64,000 nucleotides of DNA from assembly GCA_963725235.1 (NCBI GenBank), contig CAVRXN010000003.1:75204-139203 (forward strand), given 5' to 3'. The DNA is from an uncultured bacterium (GTDB lineage: Bacteria > Patescibacteriota > Minisyncoccia > UBA6257 > 2-01-FULL-56-20). Each line of letters starts with the position of its first letter. The first letter of the stretch is position 1. Positions 54,730-64,000 of this stretch are shown piece by piece. The notes below the pieces were generated by a model. It searched no databases. It was not told where the DNA came from and saw only the letters and a list, made by a program, of their open reading frames with translations. The translations under genes and the position numbers were made by a program.

Positions 54730-55098
54730 CTAAACGATTTCTTCGGCCATCGTCATTAATTTTTCAAAACCTTTCTCTTTTAATTCACGCGGCAACGGAC
54801 CAAAAACGCGAGTCGCCACTGGCTCTTTCTTTGCATCAACGAGAACGACCGCATTCTCATCAAAACGGACATATGAACCATCTTTCCGGCGCATCGCGTT
54901 CTTAGTGCGAACAACCAACACTTTAACAACATCCTTCTTTTTGACGGTCTTGCGCGGCTCAACCGACTGCACCGAAGCAACAACGATATCGCCAACGCCC
55001 GCATAGCGATGGCGCGTTCCGCCGAGGATGCGAAAACAGCGGACGAACTTCGCGCCTGAATTATCTGCAACTTTTAATATGGAGCGTTCTTGTATCAT
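54730..55098 (-). CDS. rplN: 50S ribosomal protein L14
   Basis: 122 aa: MIQERSILKVADNSGAK...GPLPRELKEKGF. Confidence 0.96.
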   Translation of the reverse strand: MIQERSILKVADNSGAKFVRCFRILGGTRHRYAGVGDIVVASVQSVEPRKTVKKKDVVKVLVVRTKNAMRRKDGSYVRFDENAVVLVDAKKEPVATRVFGPLPRELKEKGFEKLMTMAEEIV

Positions 55099-55105
55099 GG
55101 TCGTA

Positions 55106-55357
55106 TTATTTCGTCACTTTGCCAATAATTCTCCACCGTTTCTCGCGCGACATCGGCCGCGTTTCCTCGATGGTCACTTTATCCCCCGTCTTGTATTCGT
55201 TGTTTTCGTCGTGCGCCTTAAACTTCGTCGTCACTTTATAGTACTTCAAATACTTCGGATGCTTTTTCAAACGCGAAACCGCAACCACGCGCGTCTTCAT
55301 CATTTTGTCAGACACGACCACCCCGATTATTTTCCGCTTTTTGAGTTCGTTTTCCAT
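55106..55357 (-). CDS. rpsQ: 30S ribosomal protein S17
   Basis: [27 protein letters not shown]...[22 protein letters not shown]. In this sequence it is fused in frame to the rpmC tail by a 1-nt insertion. Confidence 0.9.
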   Translation of the reverse strand: MENELKKRKIIGVVVSDKMMKTRVVAVSRLKKHPKYLKYYKVTTKFKAHDENNEYKTGDKVTIEETRPMSREKRWRIIGKVTK

Positions 55358-55359
55358 GA

Positions 55360-55565
55360 CTATTTTGCTTGCTGATTTTGTTTCATGAACGTCTTCGCCC
55401 GCGCAATCTTCTTCCGCAGCGTCGCGGATCTTCGATATATCTTTCACTTTTCCGGCCGCTAAGTCAAATCGCAACACGCGAAGCTCCTCATTGCCGTCAT
55501 GAATCAGGCGCGCGAGTTCCGCGTCCGGCCTGATTCTTTAATTCTTCAATATCTTTCTTTTTCAT
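55360..55565 (-). pseudogene. rpmC: 50S ribosomal protein L29, at least 2 frameshifts
   Basis: [12 protein letters not shown]... / ...[20 protein letters not shown] / [17 protein letters not shown] can only be read by switching frames. Confidence 0.8.
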
Positions 55566-55581
55566 GTCTTTTTAATGAAAA

Positions 55582-55993
55582 TTATTTGCTGACCACCTTA
55601 CACTTGATCGGCAATTTATAAGCCGCGCGACGCAGAGCTTCCTTTGCCGTCGCGGCATCAACGCCGTCGATCTCGAATAAGATGCGTCCCGGGCGAACCG
55701 GAAAGACATAGTGGTCAACACTACCCTTTCCGCCGCCGAGGGTTTTTTCCGGCGCCTGCAAGCGTGATCGGCTTGTCCGGGAAAATGCGGATCCAGAGCC
55801 GACCGCTGCGCTTCAAAAAATTCGTGATCGTTTTGCGCGACGGCCTCGATCTGGCGCGACGTAACCCATGCCGAACCCGCGCCTTCAAGCCATATGTTCC
55901 GTAGCTCAAATCCAAGCCGCGCGTTTCAACGCCGCGCTTCTTCGAGCGCCCTTTCTGCCACTTACGATGTTTAACTTTCTTTGGAATCAACAT
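55582..55993 (-). pseudogene. rplP: 50S ribosomal protein L16, multiple frameshifts
   Basis: N-terminus MLIPKKVKHRKWQKGR...YGTYGLKA. Middle [26 protein letters not shown]-terminus [13 protein letters not shown] in other frames. Confidence 0.88.
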
Positions 55994-56026
55994 ATTTTTG
56001 ATAAATTTGAAAACAACGAAAAACAA

Positions 56027-56738
56027 CTAGCGGGCGTCAAGACCCCTATGCCCGATAGTTGTTTTTTCTTTGTTTTCGACCTTGTTAAAAATTTCTCCCT
56101 TATAAATCCAAACGCGAATACCAATCGTCCCATACGCCGTCTTCGCGGTCGCGCGGCCATAATCAATATCAGCACGCAAGGTCTGCAACGGCAACGCGCC
56201 ACGTGACAAAGATTCTCGGCGCGCGATCTCGTTACCATCAAGCCGACCACCCATCGCAATCTTCGCACCCTTCACGTCGCGATTCTGCATCACCTGCTCC
56301 AAATATTTTTTCATCGTCCGGCGGAACGGCAAACGACTTCTCGAGATCCCATGCCGATCTGCTGGGCAGTATAGACCGCAGAAATTTCCGAGCGCTTCAA
56401 CTCCTCAATATTAACCGTCAACGGAATCGGGGTTTTCGTCTTGCGAACTTTCCGCACAGCATTCGCAATCGCCATATTCAATTCATCCAGCACCTTTTCC
56501 GCCGCGGCCAATGATAAACCCGGGACGCGCCGCTTTGATGAAAACGCGAAGGTGGCCCTGCGTGCGCTCGATCTGGATTTCCGCAATGCCGGACAAGCTG
56601 ATTTTCTCGTTGATAACCTTGCGGATCGCTTCATCCTCCTCCAGGAATTTCGGATAGCCGCCTTTAATGAACCAGCGCACCGGCCAGTTCTTCGACAACT
56701 CCTAAGCGATATGAATTTGGATTGATTTTTTGTCCCAT
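56027..56738 (-). pseudogene. rpsC: 30S ribosomal protein S3, at least 3 frameshifts
   Basis: MGQKINPNSYRLGVV / WPVRWFIKGGYPKFLEEDEAIRK...ARPGFIIGRGG / EKVLDELNMAIAN...AVYTAQQI / [14 protein letters not shown]...[13 protein letters not shown] lie in four frame segments. Confidence 0.9.
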
Positions 56739-56833
56739 AACTATAGTTATACGTTATTGCCCATACCTGATTTCCGGCCGAATACCCGCTTGAAGAAATT
56801 CTGATTGCCTTTCTTCTTTGGCTCAGCATTCCA

Positions 56834-57283
56834 TCACGCTCCGCCTGCGGCTTGGTCGGCGCCTTGCGCGGCTTCGCGCTTCGGACCCTGGTCCGGCGGC
56901 AGCTTCGCCTTCTTCGGTACCACGATCGTATATTTCGATTTCAGTTTCGGATTCACGCCAAGCGTGATCGTCACATGGCTCATCTTTTTCTGAATCGGCG
57001 ATCGCCGACCCCGCGCGCGCGGCAAGTAGCGCTTCAGCATCGGACCGCCATCAACGCGAATCTCTTTCACGAAAAGATGGCTCTGCGTTCAGCTTGTTAT
57101 TTTTAGCATTCGCAACCGCCGAGCGCAAGAGTTTCAGCAAGCGCTTTCGCCGGCCGGCGGCGCTGAACCATCAGCTGAGCTTCCGCCTCGTTGACGCGAC
57201 AAGCCGCGAATAAGATCGGCAACGCTGCGCGTCTTGCGCGGCGCGATGCGGAGATAATTCAGTTTTGCGGTTTGGGTTTCCAT
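56834..57283 (-). pseudogene. rplV: 50S ribosomal protein L22, at least 3 frameshifts
   Basis: [29 protein letters not shown] / [19 protein letters not shown] / LKLLRSAVANAKNN / IRVDGGPMLKRYLPRARGRRSPIQKKMSHVTITLG. Confidence 0.88.
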
Positions 57284-57289
57284 AGATCG

Positions 57290-57627
57290 TTATTTTTTGC
57301 GCCGGAGCAGCTTTCGCGGCCTGCGCTGCGGTCTTCTGGGTTTCAGCGGCCTTCAACTCAAGCTCTTTCTGAATCTTTCCGCCATGGCGCGTAAACTTGC
57401 GGGTCGGCGAAAATTCGCCAAGCCGGTGTCCCACCATTTCTTCGCTCACGCGAACTTCGACATGAATCTTGCCGTTATGCACGCCAAACGTATATCCCAC
57501 CATTTCCGGCGAGATTTCCGATGCGCGCGACCAGGTTTTGATCGTACCGCCATCCGGACTTCTGCTTCGCAACTTTTGCGAGCAATTTCGGATCGACGAA
57601 CGGGCCTTTTTTGAGTGAGCGTGACAT
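57290..57627 (-). pseudogene. rpsS: 30S ribosomal protein S19, frameshift near 57555 and likely an A-run error at the stop
   Basis: [25 protein letters not shown] then, in another frame, [33 protein letters not shown]...GEFSPTRKF. The expected stop AAAAAATAA is out of frame, so the ORF runs on to 57171. Confidence 0.85.
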
Positions 57628-57641
57628 AAGTTAATAATTTT

Positions 57642-58503
57642 TTAATGATTATTTCGATTGCGCAGGCTGACGCGGCGCTTAACGATAAATTGGTTCGACT
57701 TCTTTTTCTTGTTGCGCGTCTTGTGGCCACCGGTAATATTGCCCCAGATATCTTTCGGCTTGCGGGTACCGCGCGGCTGGCTGCCTTCGCCGCCGCCATA
57801 CGGATGGTCAACTGGGTTCATAGCTTTACCGCGAACCGTCGGCCGGATGCCGAGCCAACGCGAGCGGCCGGCTTTGCCGAACGTAACCAAATTCCATTCG
57901 GAATTCGAAACCTGGCCAAGCGATGCGAAGCAAGTCCCACTGCGACGCGGCGAACTTCGCCCGATGCCAACTTTAAGTCGGTATAGCCATCGGCATTCGC
58001 GAGCACTTCGACGCTCGAACCCGCCGAACGCGCAATCTGGCCACCGCGGCCCGGCGTCATCTCTATATTATAGACATGGGAACCCAACCGGAATATTCTT
58101 CAAGCTGCATGCGATTGCCAATCGCAGTCGGCGCCGTATCCGCCGTCACGATCTCCGCACCAACTTTCAAATCCATCGGCGCGAGAATGTACGAATGGCG
58201 GCCATCATCATATTTCACGAGTGCGATAAACGCCGTGCGGTACGGATCATATTCGAGTGTCTCAACAACAGCCTTCGCCATCGTCTTGCCTGCTGGCAAA
58301 TTCTGCTTGAAATCAACCATGCGATATAGCTTTTTATTGCCGCCGCCCTGGTGACGCATCGTGATCCGGCCCTGCGAGTTGCGACCGCCGCGCGATTTCA
58401 AACGAACCGTAAGGCCACGCTTCGGCCGCACGTTCGAAAGCGTGCTATAATCTGCAGTTGTCATGCTGCGGCGCGATGGCGATGTTGGTTTATAGGATTT
58501 CAT
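57642..58503 (-). pseudogene. rplB: 50S ribosomal protein L2, 2 frameshifts
   Basis: 146-aa N-terminal ORF (MKSYKPTSPSRR...GRNSQGRIT.RHQGGG). 89-aa middle ORF ([23 protein letters not shown]). 82-aa C-terminal ORF ([17 protein letters not shown]). Confidence 0.9.
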
Positions 58504-58520
58504 GATAAAAATTTTGTGCT

Positions 58521-58799
58521 CTATTGAATATCAATTTTTTGGCCATCTTTTAACGTAACGATCGCCTTCCGGTATCCTTCCTGCGCACCCTTCAAACCAG
58601 CACCAAAACGCTTCCGTCTTCGCCGGACGGTTAACAACATTAACATCGGTCGCATCCACTTTATAAATCGCCTTGATCGCCTTCTTGATTTCCGGCTTCG
58701 TCGCGTCCTTTGCACCATAAAGACATACTTGCCCTGCGCGTTCAAGTCAGTCGCTTTTTCGGTAACCCACGGTTTTTTGATTAAAAATGGTTCGGCCAT
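58521..58799 (-). pseudogene. rplW: 50S ribosomal protein L23 with a compensating -1/+1 frameshift pair
   Basis: The ORF stays open, but residues about 30-63 read as an Arg-rich string. The alternative frame gives KDATKPEIKKAIKAIYKVDATDVNVVNRPAKT, flanked by genuine L23 N- and C-termini. Confidence 0.85.
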
Positions 58800-58817
58800 G
58801 TTAGTAATAATCGCAGT

Positions 58818-59472
58818 TTAGTTCGAATAGTGTTTCGCAATCGTTTCGACTGCTTCTTTATCCAAGAATAAATTCTTGTGGTTCACGATATCATAGACAT
58901 TTAATGACGCCGCATCGAGCGCTTTCGCTTTCTGCAGATTCGATGACGCGCGGAACAAATTTTTGTTCGCCGCACCGGCATTCGCCGCAACAAGCAACAC
59001 ATCATAGCGCTTCGCGCCCTTGTTCATGTTCAAAATCGTCTGGAGTGACGTCGCAAACGGTTTCGTCTTCGCCGCTTCAAGCGTCAAGTGTATCAAATAC
59101 TTTAACTTCGCCATCTTTCGCCTTGCGCGAAATCGCCGCAAAAAGCGCCGCCTGCTTCATCTTCTTATTCACTTTCTGCGAATAATCGCGATCGTTGCGC
59201 GGACCATGTGCTACGCCGCCGCCCACCCAGATCGGCGAACGCGTCGAACCGTGCCGCGCGCGGCCGGTTCCCTTCTGGCGCCACGGTTTCTTGCCGCCAC
59301 CGCTTACTTCGCCACGCGTCTTCGTATGCGCCCACGGGCTTCGGCGATTCGCGAGCTGTGCATCGATAACTTGCTTAACGAGCGCCGCGTTGTAGCGGAC
59401 GCCAAAAACCGTGTCCGGCAAATCTACCGAACCCACGACTTCATTATTCAAATTATAGACGTCAGCTTTCAT
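58818..59472 (-). pseudogene. rplD: 50S ribosomal protein L4, one 1-nt insertion near 59090
   Basis: The 131-aa ORF (GGGKKPWRQKGTGRARHGSTRSPIWVGGGVAHGP) ends ...VFDTLDA*. The 107-aa ORF continues TLEAAKTKPF... in the +1 frame. Confidence 0.9.
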
Positions 59473-59474
59473 AT

Positions 59475-60068
59475 TTATTTGCGAATTTCCAGCATTCCGC
59501 CCCGCGCGCCCGGCACCGCGCCGCGCAACATGATCAAATTTTTCTTCGCATCAATTTCGGCAACAACCAAATTCTTTACCGTCACGCGAGTCGTACCCAT
59601 ATGCCCCGCCATCCGGCGACCAGGAACAACGCGCTGGAAAGCAGTCGAACCAATCGAACCCGGAGCGCGATGACGATTCTTCTGACCGTGCGTCTTCGGA
59701 CCACCACCGAAATTGTGGCGCTTGACGACGCCCGCGAAACCGCGGCCCTTCATGTAGCCCGAAACGCGAACCTTGTCGCCCTCTTTAAAGTTCGCGACCG
59801 TAACGCTCGCGCCCTTCGTGAACTCATCCATTTCGATCGGATTCGCAGGTCGATTGCGGAATTCTTTGACCGTACCCTTCGAGCCGCGCTTGCCCTTAGC
59901 ACCTTTCCGCGCGCCAACCGAAACCTGGACGGCCTCGTAGCCATCCCGTTCTTTCGTTCGAAGCATCGCAACTTTGTTCGGTGCGGCATGAACAACCGTA
60001 ACCGGGACGATCTTGCCGTCCTTCCAAATCTGCGTCATTTTCAGTTTTTTGCCTAAAATAAAGGACAT
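59475..60068 (-). CDS. rplC: 50S ribosomal protein L3
   Basis: Start chosen at MSFILGKKLKMTQIW. Contains FAGVVKRHNFGGGPKTHGQKNRHRAPGSIG. Confidence 0.93.
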   Translation of the reverse strand: MSFILGKKLKMTQIWKDGKIVPVTVVHAAPNKVAMLRTKERDGYEAVQVSVGARKGAKGKRGSKGTVKEFRNRPANPIEMDEFTKGASVTVANFKEGDKVRVSGYMKGRGFAGVVKRHNFGGGPKTHGQKNRHRAPGSIGSTAFQRVVPGRRMAGHMGTTRVTVKNLVVAEIDAKKNLIMLRGAVPGARGGMLEIRK

Positions 60069-60315
60069 TTTTGTTTCCGCGCCGGGCTTTGAATTCGACG
60101 CACTGGCGGGCTCGCGACTTTCGTCGCGCGGCCCCATTAAAGAAAAAATCCGGTCTATATACCGGAAGTTTTGCCACAATCCACCAGCCACCGCTTTAGG
60201 CGGGGCTTTTACTCAAAGAAAACGGCTTTCGTCTTCCCAAGCAAGTAAAGTGTATAGGCATAAACTTCCGAGGACCTTGATGGAGAGTATAGCAGAGGGT
60301 AGGGCGGGGTGTCAA
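60069..60315 (-). promoter_or_regulatory. rplC promoter plus roughly 220-nt leader with an attenuator-like hairpin
   Basis: On the minus strand, TTGACA (60315-10), 18 nt, TATACT (60291-86). Hairpin CCGG-TATATAGA-CCGG followed by ATTTTTT (60143-60167). GC-rich hairpin GCGCGACGAAAGTCGCG before the start. Confidence 0.5.
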
Positions 60316-60322
60316 ATTGAGC

Positions 60323-61417
60323 CTAAGGCGATTCAAACGCCTGAGCGATATCCCGTTCCGTCTCCTTTCTGCGCCGCGCTTCAATAGCACTGCGCTGTCG
60401 AGGCTGGGTATAGTTTTCAAAAAATCCAGAGAGCATAATATGCGATCGCAAAATGCTTAGCTGTATAATCGCCTTACCAAGTAATTCTTTCCCCTCTCCC
60501 CGATAAGCCTCCAAAAGATAATAGTCCAACAACTTTCTTAGTTTTGCATTATTCCATGAACGAGCCCTCAGGTTTCCGAAATCTAAAATCATCGCGAGTG
60601 CAGAATTTGTAAAAGTGCCGGCCCATTCAAGATCTAAAAACTCTACATCACCAGAATCAAAAACATAAAAATTGTTCGGTGCAAGATCTCCATGCACCAT
60701 GGTAATTTTTTGATTCCCTTTTGTATCGATAATCGAGCGAGAACGATCCAATAATGTTTGGGCCTTTTCTTTTATTCCCACAATACCCGTCCTTCGTTCA
60801 AGTATCTGAGACAATGGCTCTGTCTTTCCCTTGTGGTCTAATGGCTTCACCCTCCCGTTAACATATCTGAGAACTTCTTTCCTGAATTTTATATAACTGC
60901 CCGGATGTGGCACGAGAATTTTTTTAAGCTGCGGAGGCAGTGTTGAAACTGAGATACCGTGGAATTTTACAAGTTGATCTATGATTTTCTTCGCTTCACG
61001 AGATCCTAACAATTCGACGCCCTTATTCTTCTCAATGAATCCGATCTTAGCCCGACCCGCCGGAAACGTTTCATAAATTGCAAATGGAATACCTTTTTGA
61101 GGATCATAATTGGCAGCAATAACGCCTCGAGTGGCAATGACGTTTTTCGCTTTCAGATATAGAGCAATCTCGATTGAACGCCGAAACGGCAAAAGGAGCT
61201 TCCTAGCATTATTCTCTGGAATCTTTAAAAAACGCTCGACAACTTTCCTACCCTCGTGTCGTTTCCCAACCATAAAGAAATAACGACGTCCCTTACTCAA
61301 TCGTTGTCGAATGAGCGCATGCTCTTTTTTACCAAGAATAAAATTTTGTTCCCTAAGAACCTTGTAAACTCTTTTCTCATATTTTGGGAGGTGAAGTTTA
61401 TTAAATCGTGCTGGCAT
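60323..61417 (-). CDS. APH/choline-kinase-like phosphotransferase inserted between rpsJ and rplC
   Basis: Start chosen at MPARFNKLHL. Brenner motif MVHGDLAPNN and FLDLEWAG. AT-rich. Confidence 0.7.
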   Translation of the reverse strand: MPARFNKLHLPKYEKRVYKVLREQNFILGKKEHALIRQRLSKGRRYFFMVGKRHEGRKVVERFLKIPENNARKLLLPFRRSIEIALYLKAKNVIATRGVIAANYDPQKGIPFAIYETFPAGRAKIGFIEKNKGVELLGSREAKKIIDQLVKFHGISVSTLPPQLKKILVPHPGSYIKFRKEVLRYVNGRVKPLDHKGKTEPLSQILERRTGIVGIKEKAQTLLDRSRSIIDTKGNQKITMVHGDLAPNNFYVFDSGDVEFLDLEWAGTFTNSALAMILDFGNLRARSWNNAKLRKLLDYYLLEAYRGEGKELLGKAIIQLSILRSHIMLSGFFENYTQPRQRSAIEARRRKETERDIAQAFESP

Positions 61418-61430
61418 GTTTAAATCATAA

Positions 61431-61456
61431 CAAAAATCCCCACTTTCGCGGGGATC
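61431..61456 (-). terminator. intrinsic terminator after rpsJ
   Basis: On the minus strand, GATCCCCGCGAAAGTGGGGATTTTTG. Confidence 0.7.
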
Positions 61457-61487
61457 TTTGTGCCTAGCTGTCATCTTAATACTAATT

Positions 61488-61811
61488 CTACACCATCTTG
61501 ATCTCGATATCGACACCAGCCGGAAGATTCAGATTCGTCAGTGACTCGATAATTTTCTGCGACGGATTCGTTATCTCGACGAGGCGCTTGTGGACGCGAA
61601 GCTCGAACTGTTCGCGTGAATCCTTATGAACAAACGTCGAACGGTTGACCGTATAATGCTTGACCTCAGTCGGCAGCGGGATCGGCCCGTTCACCTTCGC
61701 GTCATTCCGCTCAGCCGCCTCGATAATCTGGCGCGCCGAATTATCGATCAGTTTATGATCGTAGGACTTGATACGTAAGCGGAGCTTTTGTGCGACTTCG
61801 GTTTTAGCCAT
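61488..61811 (-). CDS. rpsJ: 30S ribosomal protein S10
   Basis: [29 protein letters not shown]...[36 protein letters not shown]. Confidence 0.95.
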   Translation of the reverse strand: MAKTEVAQKLRLRIKSYDHKLIDNSARQIIEAAERNDAKVNGPIPLPTEVKHYTVNRSTFVHKDSREQFELRVHKRLVEITNPSQKIIESLTNLNLPAGVDIEIKMV

Positions 61812-61868
61812 TTTCAGTACCAAAGCAGTATAGCAAATCGGGTTGAAGTGTCAAATTTGATGGCAACA

Positions 61869-62567
61869 TCAATTAGAAGTCATGCTCGAGGAGGTAAATT
61901 GGAATGTCGAAAGCATCTTCTCATACATAGGATTATAGGGTGACTCTTGGCCATCGGAACCTGCGATTTCATACTCTACCGTTGCCATATCTGCACCATG
62001 GAGGATATATGTATGTAGTTCAGCGATGATATCGTCAGTTACAAAGTTGTAAGCGGGATAGCCATTGATCGTTAGCGTGCTCGTCGCATCGAGGTCGTCA
62101 ATATTGCCCACCGCAGCATCCTCATCTACCTGACTCAATAGTTGATTTGTAGATAAAAGATTTGGATTGCCATCCTTCACAAAAGAGACGGTAAAATAAC
62201 TTGTGTAATCCCGAGCCTCTGCATCGCTGAAGTTAATACTCCCATCCTGATTATTGATAACGTACCAGTTGCTCGGATACTGCATTTGAAACCCGTAGTG
62301 CTGATTTGTATATGTTTGCCAATGCGAAGTATCAACCGTAGTTGTTTCACCAACAGGAGATTGAGCAACAGCAGTAGTCGTATTGATCGCCGTTAGATTT
62401 TGCGATGTCGTCGAAGTCGTTATAGCGGTAGTCTTGCAACACGGCGGATTTTGAGATTGCGAAACGCTTGCATTACTATTCCAAACAAAATATCCCACCG
62501 CGCCAACAACCACAATCACGGCGATCATGCCAATTACAATCAGAGGCGAAAAACCCTTTCGATTCAT
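61869..62567 (-). CDS. hypothetical secreted/anchored protein (232 aa) between tuf and rpsJ
   Basis: N-terminal TM anchor (PLIVIGMIAVIVVVGAVGYFVW), Thr/Ser-rich linker and a globular C-terminal domain. Confidence 0.55.
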   Translation of the reverse strand: MNRKGFSPLIVIGMIAVIVVVGAVGYFVWNSNASVSQSQNPPCCKTTAITTSTTSQNLTAINTTTAVAQSPVGETTTVDTSHWQTYTNQHYGFQMQYPSNWYVINNQDGSINFSDAEARDYTSYFTVSFVKDGNPNLLSTNQLLSQVDEDAAVGNIDDLDATSTLTINGYPAYNFVTDDIIAELHTYILHGADMATVEYEIAGSDGQESPYNPMYEKMLSTFQFTSSSMTSN

Positions 62568-62661
62568 GCTTTAAGTATAACAAACCACGAGCCAGCAAAA
62601 ATAAAAATCGCCCTCTTCGGGGATCGCGCAGGCGGCGAAGGCCGCCGCTCTCCAACCAATA

Positions 62662-62737
62662 CAAAAAACAAAAAAGGGGCTCTTCTGGAAGGACTAAATC
62701 CCTAAGTCCTGACAGAAGAGCCCCTTTTTTGTTTTTT
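62662..62737. terminator. long-stem terminator after tuf
   Basis: GGGGCTCTTCTG (62676-87) pairs with CAGAAGAGCCCC (62713-24). Flanked by A- and T-runs. Confidence 0.75.
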
Positions 62738-62740
62738 GCC

Positions 62741-63947
62741 TTATTTATTGATCTTCGTCACGACTCCGGCGCCGACGGTATTGCCGCCTTCGCGGATAGC
62801 GAAGCGCATCTTCTCTTCGAGGGCAACCGGGGTGATGAGCTTAACGCCAATCTTCACGGTATCGCCCGGCATGACCATTTCCATTCCTTCCGGCAAGAGT
62901 AACTTCGCCGGTCACGTCCGTGGTGCGGATGTAGAACTGCGGCTTGTAACCCTTGAAGAACGGAGAGTGGCGGCCACCTTCCTCTTTCGAAAGCACGTAG
63001 ATCTCGGCTTCGAATTCCGAGTGCGGCGTAACCGTTCCCGGCTTCGCGAGCACCTGACCGCGCTCGACATCTTCTTTCTTCAAACCGCGGAGCAAGCAAG
63101 CCGACGTTATCGCCTGCCTGACCGCTGATCCAAAAGCTTGTTGAACATTTCGATGCCGGTGACGACGGTCTTCGCCGTCGGGCGCAAGACCGACGATCTC
63201 GATTTCTTCGTTCACTTTCACCTTACCGCGCTCGATGCGGCCAGTAACGACCGTACCGCGGCCTTCGATCGAGAAGATGTCTTCGATCGGCATAAGGAAC
63301 GGCTTGTCGAGATCGCGAACCGGATCCGGGAAGAAGTCATCCATCGCCTTCACGAGGTCGAGGATCGGCTTCGCATCGGCATCATCAGCCGACTTCGCGT
63401 TCAAGCGCTTTCAAGCGCCGAACCGCGGATAACCGGGGTCGTGTCGCCCGGGAAGTCCCACTTCTTCAAGAAGCTCGCGGACTTCGGACTCAACGAGGTC
63501 AATCAATTCCGGATCATCAACCATGTCCACTTTGTTCAAGAAGACAATGATCGACGGCACGCCAACCTGGCGGGCGAGCAAGATGTGTTCGCGGGTCTGC
63601 GGCATCGGACCATCCGTCGCGGCAACGACGAGAACCGCACCGTCCATCTGGGCGGCACCCGTGATCATGTTCTTAATATAGTCAGCGTGACCCGGAGCAT
63701 CAACGTGCGCATAGTGGCGCTTCTCCGATTCATACTCCGAGTGATGCAAAGCGATCGTGATACCACGCGCTTTTTCTTCCGGAGCATTGTCGATCTGGTC
63801 AACTTTCTCTTCTTTTTTGCCCAACCCTTCATAAACAAAACGTGCGTGATCGCCGCGGTCAAGGTCGTCTTGCCGTGGTCGACGTGTCCGATCGTACCGA
63901 CGTTCAAGTGCGGCTTCGAGCGGTCAGAATTTTTCTTTTTCTGCCAT
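62741..63947 (-). pseudogene. tuf: elongation factor Tu, at least 5 frameshifts
   Basis: MAEKEKF then a 1-nt insertion. [20 protein letters not shown] (80-aa ORF). [31 protein letters not shown] (137-aa ORF). [25 protein letters not shown]...[24 protein letters not shown] (187-aa ORF). C-terminus ...GVVTKINK*. Confidence 0.92.
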
Positions 63948-64000
63948 GGTTTTAATGTAAATTTAATTTTTTATATTTGGTACTTTTGCGGCGGCTGCAC

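Noticed and set aside
57645-59673. Long + strand ORFs (113, 223, 217 and 93 aa) across rplB, rplD and rplC
   Set aside because: They are antisense to ribosomal protein genes, have no independent support, and are lengthened by the high GC content.

Overview
This 64-kb window looks like the chromosome of a small-genome uncultivated bacterium, possibly CPR/Patescibacteria-like. That placement is inferred from L30 being absent between rpsE and rplO, a group I intron in a tRNA, and many small secreted or membrane orphan genes.

Almost all core genes are on the minus strand:
- rpsL-rpsG, then fusA
- secDF
- rlmB-like gene and dus
- a znu-type metal ABC transporter
- eno, a 2-hydroxyacid dehydrogenase, ppsA and a glycerate kinase
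- rplJ-rplL and rpmG
- tuf, rpsJ, and the S10-spc block from rplC to rplO
- secY-adk-map

Six tRNA genes can be read (Gly-CCC, Lys-UUU, Ser-GCU, Trp-CCA, Thr-UGU and an intron-containing Thr-GGU), plus one aberrant tRNA-like gene. I found no rRNA, CRISPR array, transposase or integrase.

Observations worth a second look:
1. A 261-nt group I intron sits in the anticodon loop of tRNA-Thr(GGU).
2. A tRNA-like gene with a roughly 19-bp anticodon arm borders a visibly AT-rich accessory island (29.99-33.65 kb). The island carries an APH-like kinase, an S51 peptidase and a three-gene orphan cassette, one member of which has a HEPN-like Rx4H motif.
3. A 26-nt hairpin core recurs at three loci, directly downstream of fusA, eno and rplL. 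At eno and rplL its stem is extended by an inverted copy of the gene's last codons.
4. Two paralogous three-way-junction small RNAs each have their own promoter and terminator. One lies antisense inside the spc operon.
5. A direct repeat of the tRNA-Gly 3' end brackets a 220-nt block of perfect hairpins.
6. Conserved operons (str, S10, spc) are interrupted by AT-rich orphan genes that have their own promoters and terminators.
7. A PanD/CofE-like fusion gene lies next to a divergent PLP enzyme.

Frameshifts cluster densely in fusA, tuf, ppsA, znuA, a PcsB-like gene and rplE through rplD, while long neighbouring genes are intact. The most economical reading is patchy assembly or polishing error rather than pseudogenisation, but only read data can decide.

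All coordinates were read by eye from the sequence and the ORF track. No searches or computations were run.
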